A stretch of 64,000 nucleotides of DNA, taken from an uncultured Patescibacteria group bacterium (GTDB taxonomy: Bacteria > Patescibacteriota > Patescibacteriia > UBA2591 > CALHIP01). A model generated the notes under the pieces. The model was not told the DNA's origin, ran no database searches, and worked only from the letters and a program-made list of their open reading frames with translations. The first letter of the stretch is position 1, and every line of letters begins with the position of its first letter. The position numbers and the translations under genes are program-made. Below are positions 59,301 through 64,000 of the stretch, one piece after another. The DNA is taken from assembly GCA_938030745.1 (NCBI GenBank), contig CALHIP010000007.1, positions 13,180 through 77,179 of the forward strand, given 5' to 3'.

Positions 59301-59965
59301 AGATATTCTCTTTCAGAAAGAATTCTTTTTAATCTTATTTCCTCAATTTCTCTTTTCTTGGCAAAATATTTTTCTTGAAGATCTTTTAATTCTTTTTCAA
59401 GTTTTTCTTTTTCTTTTATTTCCTTCTTTAAAAGATTTCTTTTCTTTTTATATTCATCTTCAAGATTTTCAAGAGTGCTTTTTTTAATTTCTTCATTAAC
59501 TGAGGTAATAATAAAATTAGCAAAATAAACAACTTTCTCTAAGTTTTGAACTGAAAGATCTAAAAGAAGTCCTATTTTCGAAGGAACTCCTCTTAAAAAC
59601 CATATATGAACAACTGGTGCAGCTAAACTGATATGCCCCATCCTTTCTCTTCTGACTCGAGAAGTAGTAACTTCGACACCACAACGATCACAAATTATTC
59701 CTCTGTATCTGATTTTTTTATATTTTCCACAAGCACATTCATAATCTTTAACTGGGCCGAAAATTTTTTCACAGAAAAGCCCATCTCTTTCTGGTTTTTG
59801 GGTTCGATAATTAATTGTTTCTGGTTTAGTTACTTCGCCATGGCTCCAAGAAAGAATTTCTTCTGGCGAGGCTAATTTTAATCTAATTGCTTTAAAGAAA
59901 GAAATGCCTCCCCTTTCTTTTTCTTGATTTAAATCTAATGTTCGAGTAAAAACTGGTGCTGGCAT
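56339..59965 (-). CDS. rpoC: DNA-directed RNA polymerase subunit beta', compact at 1208 aa
   Basis: The zinc motif is CACGKYKKIRYRGIICDRCGVEV. The catalytic motif is NADFDGDAMAVH. Bridge-helix and trigger-loop blocks are present. Confidence 0.95.
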   Translation of the reverse strand: MPAPVFTRTLDLNQEKERGGISFFKAIRLKLASPEEILSWSHGEVTKPETINYRTQKPERDGLFCEKIFGPVKDYECACGKYKKIRYRGIICDRCGVEVTTSRVRRERMGHISLAAPVVHIWFLRGVPSKIGLLLDLSVQNLEKVVYFANFIITSVNEEIKKSTLENLEDEYKKKRNLLKKEIKEKEKLEKELKDLQEKYFAKKREIEEIRLKRILSEREYLSLSLKYGYFFEAQIGAEAILTLLQNLDLRKLYLELQKEKEKTKNPARQKKITLRAKLVKNLINQKIKPEWMVLRVLPVIPPDLRPMVQLDGERFASSDLNDLYRRIINRNNRLKRLIELQAPEVICRNEKRMLQEAVDALIDNEMKRGKAVTTGAQKRPLKSLADILRGKQGRFRQNLLGKRVDYSGRSVIVVGPELKLYQCGLPKVMALELFKPFIIREIIKRNLSHNVRSASRLVEAGPKEVWDILEEISSNSYVLLNRAPTLHRLGIQAFKPVLIEGKAIQIHPFVCPAFNADFDGDAMAVHLPLTEMAQKEAKEIMLSSKNLLKPATGEPIVTPTQDIVWGAYWLTLIKEKEKIKVFSSPEEAILAYENEKISLQEKIKVRKNGKFLETSVGRLIFSELFPKDFYQIDKPVDKKILKEIITKFLETFGEEKTVEMLDNLKEVCLKYLTRAGLSWSFDDLPVLKEKKEILKKAEEEIEKIQKEFNYGLLTEDERYLKVLEVWTKVRDEIGELCRSKTSSFGPIISMIESGARGSWTQLIQMAGMKGLVSSPTGKVIEVPIKSSFQEGFNVFEYFISTHGTRKGVADTALRTASAGYLTRRMIDVAQDVTVREEDCGDKRGIVILKEEVEEMGETLASRIFGRVALEDIRHPKTKKIIVKKGDFIGRQEAQEIEKAGIKEVKIRSVLTCQTLRGVCVKCYGYDLSYNRPVELGTAVGIIAAQAIGEPGTQLTLRTFHTGGIAGRDITQGLPRVEELFEARPPKRRAILSQREGIIEKIEGEIQKKITLKYFVDGKEEKEEIIIPPNYLIWVKEKDKVSPGDPLTDGDFDLYEYYRLKGKEATQKYILKEIQYIYSSQGQKVNEKHIEIIIRQMFSRCSVTESGDTDLQPGEIIPKAYLEEVNKETIEKGGKPAEAKELLLGISRVSLSTDSFLSAASFQETARVLINAAVTGRPDRLYGLKENVIIGRLIPVGTGFTKNKKNLK

Positions 59966-59989
59966 AATTTTTTAAAATAAAAAAAATTA

Positions 59990-62900
59990 TTATTTTTTTC
60001 GCTTTTTTTCTTCATCTTTGATTAATTCAACATTTAAACAAAGACCCTTTAGTTCTCTTATTAAAATTTGAAAAGATTCTGGAACAAAAACCTCTTTGAT
60101 TGGTTCGCCTTTAATAATTGATTCATAAGCTCTAGTTCGACCATAAACATCATCTGATTTAATAGTCAGCATTTCTTGCAAAGTATGGGCAGCACCATAA
60201 GCTTCTAAAGCCCAGACTTCCATTTCACCAAATCTTTGGCCACCAAATTGAGCTTTGCCACCAAGAGGTTGTTGGGTAATTAATGAATAAGGACCGATTG
60301 ATCGTTGATGAATTTTATCTTCAACTAAGTGATTCAATTTCATCATATAGATATAGCCAACTGTGACTTCTTCTTCAAAAGGTTGGCCAGTTCGACCATC
60401 ATAAAGTTTTATTTTCCCATTTTTTGGGAAATTTATTTTTCCTAGTTCTTCTTTGATTTCTTCAATTTTTATTCCATCTAAAGCAGGACTAGCTACTTTA
60501 TAATTTAAAGTTTTAGCTGCCATACCAAGATGAGTTTCAAAAATCTGACCCAGGTTCATTCTTGAGGCAATTCCTAAAGGATTAAGAATAATATCAATTG
60601 TCCTACCATCTTCTAAAAATGGCATATCTTCTTCTGGAATAATTTTAGAAACTACTCCTTTATTACCATGCCGACCAGCCAATTTATCACCGGCCTGAAT
60701 TTTCCTTAAGTCAGCAACTTTAACACAGATAGATTTTATTACTCTAGGCGGAAGTTTATCTCCTTGCTCTCGAGAAAGAATTTTTACATCTATAACCTTA
60801 CCCCTTTCTCCATGTTCTAGATAAAGAGATGTGTCGCGGACATCTTTTGCTTTTTCACCAAAGATTGCTCGAAGCAATTTTTCTTCAGCTGTCAAAGCAA
60901 CTTCTCCTTTAGGTGTAATTTTACCAACTAAAATATCGCCTGATTTTACTTCAGCACCAATTCTGACAATTCCACTGCTATCAAGATCTTTAAGTTTTAA
61001 TTCAGAAACATTTGGAATATCTCTTGTTGTTACTTCTGGACCAAGTTTTGTTTCTCTGACATCTATTGTATGTTCATCAATATGGATTGAGGAAAAAACA
61101 TCTTCTTTAATTAATCTTGAAGAAATTAAAATTGCATCTTCATAATTTCCACCCTCCCAAGACATAAAAGCAACCAAAAGATTCCTTCCTAAAGCAAGTT
61201 CGCCATTTTCCATAGCTGGTCCATCAACTAATACTTCTCCCTTTTTTACTTTTTGTCCCTTTTCAACTCTTACTCTTTGGTTAAGACAAGTATCAGCATT
61301 AGAACGCTCAAACTTTCGTAATTGGTAGGTAAAGACTTTATTTTTTTTGGTTCTAAATTTTAAATAAGAGGCACTAACCTCTTCAACTTTTCCGTCATCG
61401 GGAGCAACAATTAGATATCCAGAATTTTCAGCGACTTTTTTCTCAAATCCAGTACCAACTAAAGGAGCTTCAGGATTAATTAAAGGAACAGCCTGCCTTT
61501 GCATGTTAGCACCCATTAAAGCTCTAATTGCATCATTGTGTTCTAAAAAAGGAATCAAACTGGCACTTACGCTTAAGATCTGTTGAGGAGCTACATCAAC
61601 GAAGTCAATATCGTGAAGAGAAGCAAGACCAGGTTCTCCTTTAATTCTTGCTTCGATTCTTCCTTTCTCAATAAAATAGCCATGAGAATCAATTTTTACT
61701 GAAGCTGGTGCAATGTTGTATTTTTCTTCTTCAAAAGCATCAAGATAAACAATTTCATTAGTTACCTTTGGTCCTTTTGCTGTTTTTATTACTTTTCGAT
61801 ATGGTGTTTCAATAAAACCAAATTGGTTTAGCCTTGAATAGCAAGCGAAATAACCGACTAAACCAACATTTTGTCCTTCTGGCGTAGCGATAGGGCAGAT
61901 TCGACCATAATAAGTTGGATGAACATCTCTTATTTCAAGACCAGCTCTTTCTCTAGTTAAACCGCCAGGTCCGATCATTGTTAATCTTCTTTTATGTTCG
62001 AGTTCAGATAAAGGATTTGTCTGATCCATAAACTGGGAAAGTTGAGAAAGTAAGAAAAATTCACGGATAACAGAAATAACTGGTTGAGGATTAATTAATT
62101 GGGTTGGAGTAACTGTTGTTTGATCTAAAGTACTCATTCTATCTTTGATCACCCTTTCTAATCTCATTAGGCCAACCCTCATTCTCGATTGAACTAATTC
62201 ACCAACTGCTTTTATTCTTCTGTTACCTAAATGATCAATATCATCAGGTATTTTTTGGGTTTTATTTAGATTAATAATTTCTCTAAAAATAGAAATAATA
62301 TCTTCTTTTTGTAAAACCATAAATTTCCTTTCTGTTAAAGGAAAATTTAAATTAAGTCGCTGATTCATTTTATATCGACCAGCTGGAGATAAGTTATATC
62401 TGTCAGGATTAAAAAACATATTAGAAATTAAATATTTGGCATTATCAATTGTCGCTAATTCACCCGGCCTAATTTTTCGATAAACCTCTAGAAACCCTTC
62501 TTCTTCAGAAGATGTTGGATCTTTAGCTAAAGTTTTTTCAAGGTAGTCTTTTTCCTCCTCATCAAAATCTTTAAACAAATTAATAATTCCTTCATTATTC
62601 AAACCAAAAATTTTCAAAAAAGCAGTTGAGATAACTTTTCTTTGACGATTGATTCTTACCCAAATGCTTTTATCATAAGCAGTTTCAAATTCAAGCCAAG
62701 CACCTCGGTCAGGAATAATTTTTGCTCCATAATAATTTTTTCCACCAATATTTTCAGCAGTAAAAAATACACCAGCTGAGCGAACTAATTGATTAATAAT
62801 AACCCTTTCAATTCCATTAATAATAAAAGTCCCCCTTTCAGTCATAAGGGGGATATCACCTAAATAAATTTCTTGTTCAATCTTTTTACCAGTTTTTTTA

Positions 62901-63181
62901 TTAATTAATCTTGTTTTTACTTTAAGAGCTGATTCATAGTTTAGATTTCTTTCTTTTGCTGTTTTCTCATCAAACTTAGGTTTATCTAGATAATAATCCA
63001 AAAAATATAACTCTAATTCTCGACCCATATAATCTTGAATTGGCGATATCTCTTTAAATAATTCGCCAATTCCTTCTTTCAGAAACCAATCATAAGATTT
63101 CTTCTGAATTTCAATTAAATCTGCTTCAGGATAAACTCTCTCTAATTTTTTAAAAAATTTTCTCATAATTTTAAAAAACAA
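59990..63181 (-). CDS. rpoB: DNA-directed RNA polymerase subunit beta, compact at 1063 aa
   Basis: Conserved blocks are the Rif region (FFGSSQLSQFMDQTNPL-like: LSQLSQFMDQTNPLSEL), GEMEVWALEAYGAA and NLVEDKIHQRS. Confidence 0.95.
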   Translation of the reverse strand: MFFKIMRKFFKKLERVYPEADLIEIQKKSYDWFLKEGIGELFKEISPIQDYMGRELELYFLDYYLDKPKFDEKTAKERNLNYESALKVKTRLINKKTGKKIEQEIYLGDIPLMTERGTFIINGIERVIINQLVRSAGVFFTAENIGGKNYYGAKIIPDRGAWLEFETAYDKSIWVRINRQRKVISTAFLKIFGLNNEGIINLFKDFDEEEKDYLEKTLAKDPTSSEEEGFLEVYRKIRPGELATIDNAKYLISNMFFNPDRYNLSPAGRYKMNQRLNLNFPLTERKFMVLQKEDIISIFREIINLNKTQKIPDDIDHLGNRRIKAVGELVQSRMRVGLMRLERVIKDRMSTLDQTTVTPTQLINPQPVISVIREFFLLSQLSQFMDQTNPLSELEHKRRLTMIGPGGLTRERAGLEIRDVHPTYYGRICPIATPEGQNVGLVGYFACYSRLNQFGFIETPYRKVIKTAKGPKVTNEIVYLDAFEEEKYNIAPASVKIDSHGYFIEKGRIEARIKGEPGLASLHDIDFVDVAPQQILSVSASLIPFLEHNDAIRALMGANMQRQAVPLINPEAPLVGTGFEKKVAENSGYLIVAPDDGKVEEVSASYLKFRTKKNKVFTYQLRKFERSNADTCLNQRVRVEKGQKVKKGEVLVDGPAMENGELALGRNLLVAFMSWEGGNYEDAILISSRLIKEDVFSSIHIDEHTIDVRETKLGPEVTTRDIPNVSELKLKDLDSSGIVRIGAEVKSGDILVGKITPKGEVALTAEEKLLRAIFGEKAKDVRDTSLYLEHGERGKVIDVKILSREQGDKLPPRVIKSICVKVADLRKIQAGDKLAGRHGNKGVVSKIIPEEDMPFLEDGRTIDIILNPLGIASRMNLGQIFETHLGMAAKTLNYKVASPALDGIKIEEIKEELGKINFPKNGKIKLYDGRTGQPFEEEVTVGYIYMMKLNHLVEDKIHQRSIGPYSLITQQPLGGKAQFGGQRFGEMEVWALEAYGAAHTLQEMLTIKSDDVYGRTRAYESIIKGEPIKEVFVPESFQILIRELKGLCLNVELIKDEEKKRKK

Positions 63182-63304
63182 AGATTTCCCCTTTTAAAAA
63201 AGGAAACCTAAATTTTAATAAATTTAATAAATTCTATCTTCAAATTTTTTCCTTAATTTAAGCCAATTTGGCTCTAGTAAGGTTCTTCAAATCCTTACCG
63301 CTCT

Positions 63305-63338
63305 ATCAATTTTAATTATAAAATTATTTTATAAAAAG
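63305..63338 (-). promoter_or_regulatory. candidate rpoBC promoter (TTGACT-N16-TATAAT on the minus strand) followed by a 120-nt leader
   Basis: The hexamers were read on the minus strand upstream of a leader containing the short palindromes AGCCAAATTGGCT and CCTTTTTTAAAAGGGG. Confidence 0.4.
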
Positions 63339-64000
63339 TCAATATAAAGCTGTGGATAAATTATTAAGTTCTTCTTTAACTACCTTTCGATCATCCCAAG
63401 GAATTTTTTTATTATTTTTTACAACAATTGCTTGTTCACAACCTTTACCAGTGATTAAAACTATATCATTTACTTGAGCTAAACTTAATGCCTTTTTAAT
63501 TGCCTCGCGTCTATCTAAAATTTCATATAAATTTTGAATTTTAAATTTTGAATTTTTAATTCCAGATTTTATTTCAGATAAAATCTGATAAGGATCTTCA
63601 TCATAAGGGTCTTCGTTAGTTAAAATGATATAATCACAATTCTTTCCTGCTAATTCTCCTAAAACTGGCCTTCTCCATTTATCTCGGCCTCCACCAGCTG
63701 AACCAAAAACATGAATGACTTTTTGATGGGGAATCATTTTGATAGTTTCATAAAGAGCTTCTATTGCTCTTGGTTCAAAAGCATAGTCAACAATTACTTT
63801 AAATGGTTGACCTTGATCAATAAATTCAAGTCGGCCAGGAATTTCTTTAACTGAAGCTAAACCTTCAGCTATTTTTTTAAAACCTAATTCTTGAGAAAGA
63901 CAAACAGTAATAGAAGCTAAAATATTATAGAGATTATGTTGGCCAATCAAATTGGTTTTAAATTCTAAATCATTAATTTTAAATCTTGAACCATTTTGAG
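63339..64000 (-). CDS. murE: Mur ligase C-terminal portion (MurE-like); the N-terminus lies beyond the window edge
   Basis: Motifs are GQHNLYNILASI, PGRLEF, VIVDYAFEP and a C-terminal WDDRKVV (MurE consensus VDYAHTPD and DDRE). The frame is open to the window end. Confidence 0.55.
   Translation of the reverse strand, partial: QNGSRFKINDLEFKTNLIGQHNLYNILASITVCLSQELGFKKIAEGLASVKEIPGRLEFIDQGQPFKVIVDYAFEPRAIEALYETIKMIPHQKVIHVFGSAGGGRDKWRRPVLGELAGKNCDYIILTNEDPYDEDPYQILSEIKSGIKNSKFKIQNLYEILDRREAIKKALSLAQVNDIVLITGKGCEQAIVVKNNKKIPWDDRKVVKEELNNLSTALY

Overview
This window looks like an AT-rich (about 30% GC), gene-dense chromosomal segment from a small-genome bacterium. The small proteins, short rpoB/rpoC/SMC, and a 23S-5S rRNA pair with no adjacent 16S are typical of Candidate Phyla Radiation (CPR/Patescibacteria)-like genomes. 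Most of the window is housekeeping genes. These include rpsP, tyrS, PBP1A, tsaD/tsaE, valS, ahcY, pilB, dnaA, rpmF-nusB-rnc-smc, trxA, a bactofilin, rpsF-ssb-rpsR-efp-pilT, trxB, gdh, hup, ftsK, cca, htpX-lemA, rpoC-rpoB and a partial murE. There are also six tRNAs and a 23S-5S pair with a boxA-like leader that also contains alternative hairpins. The region most worth a second look is a 17-gene array, all on the minus strand, at 28.3-42.1 kb. It combines RNA-repair genes (archease-RtcB, RtcA, a coupled EF-Tu-domain-2-like mini-protein, a histidine phosphatase, a PEP-utilizing phosphotransfer protein, and a SPOUT 2'-O-methyltransferase) with an AMMECR1/radical-SAM pair that lacks MEMO1. The array is interrupted by a decayed IS1595 transposase and contains a duplicated 18-bp GCGGCCGC-containing element upstream of two internal genes. 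Other notable items are an SplB-like radical SAM cassette flanked by 25-bp direct repeats next to tRNA-Glu with a 24-bp perfect palindrome, a bacterial EndoQ-like nuclease just after the 5S rRNA, more perfect DnaA boxes than expected by chance, and a recurrent GTGACNGTCAC palindrome. No CRISPR array or intact mobile element was seen. All calls are from reading the sequence by eye, without any similarity search.
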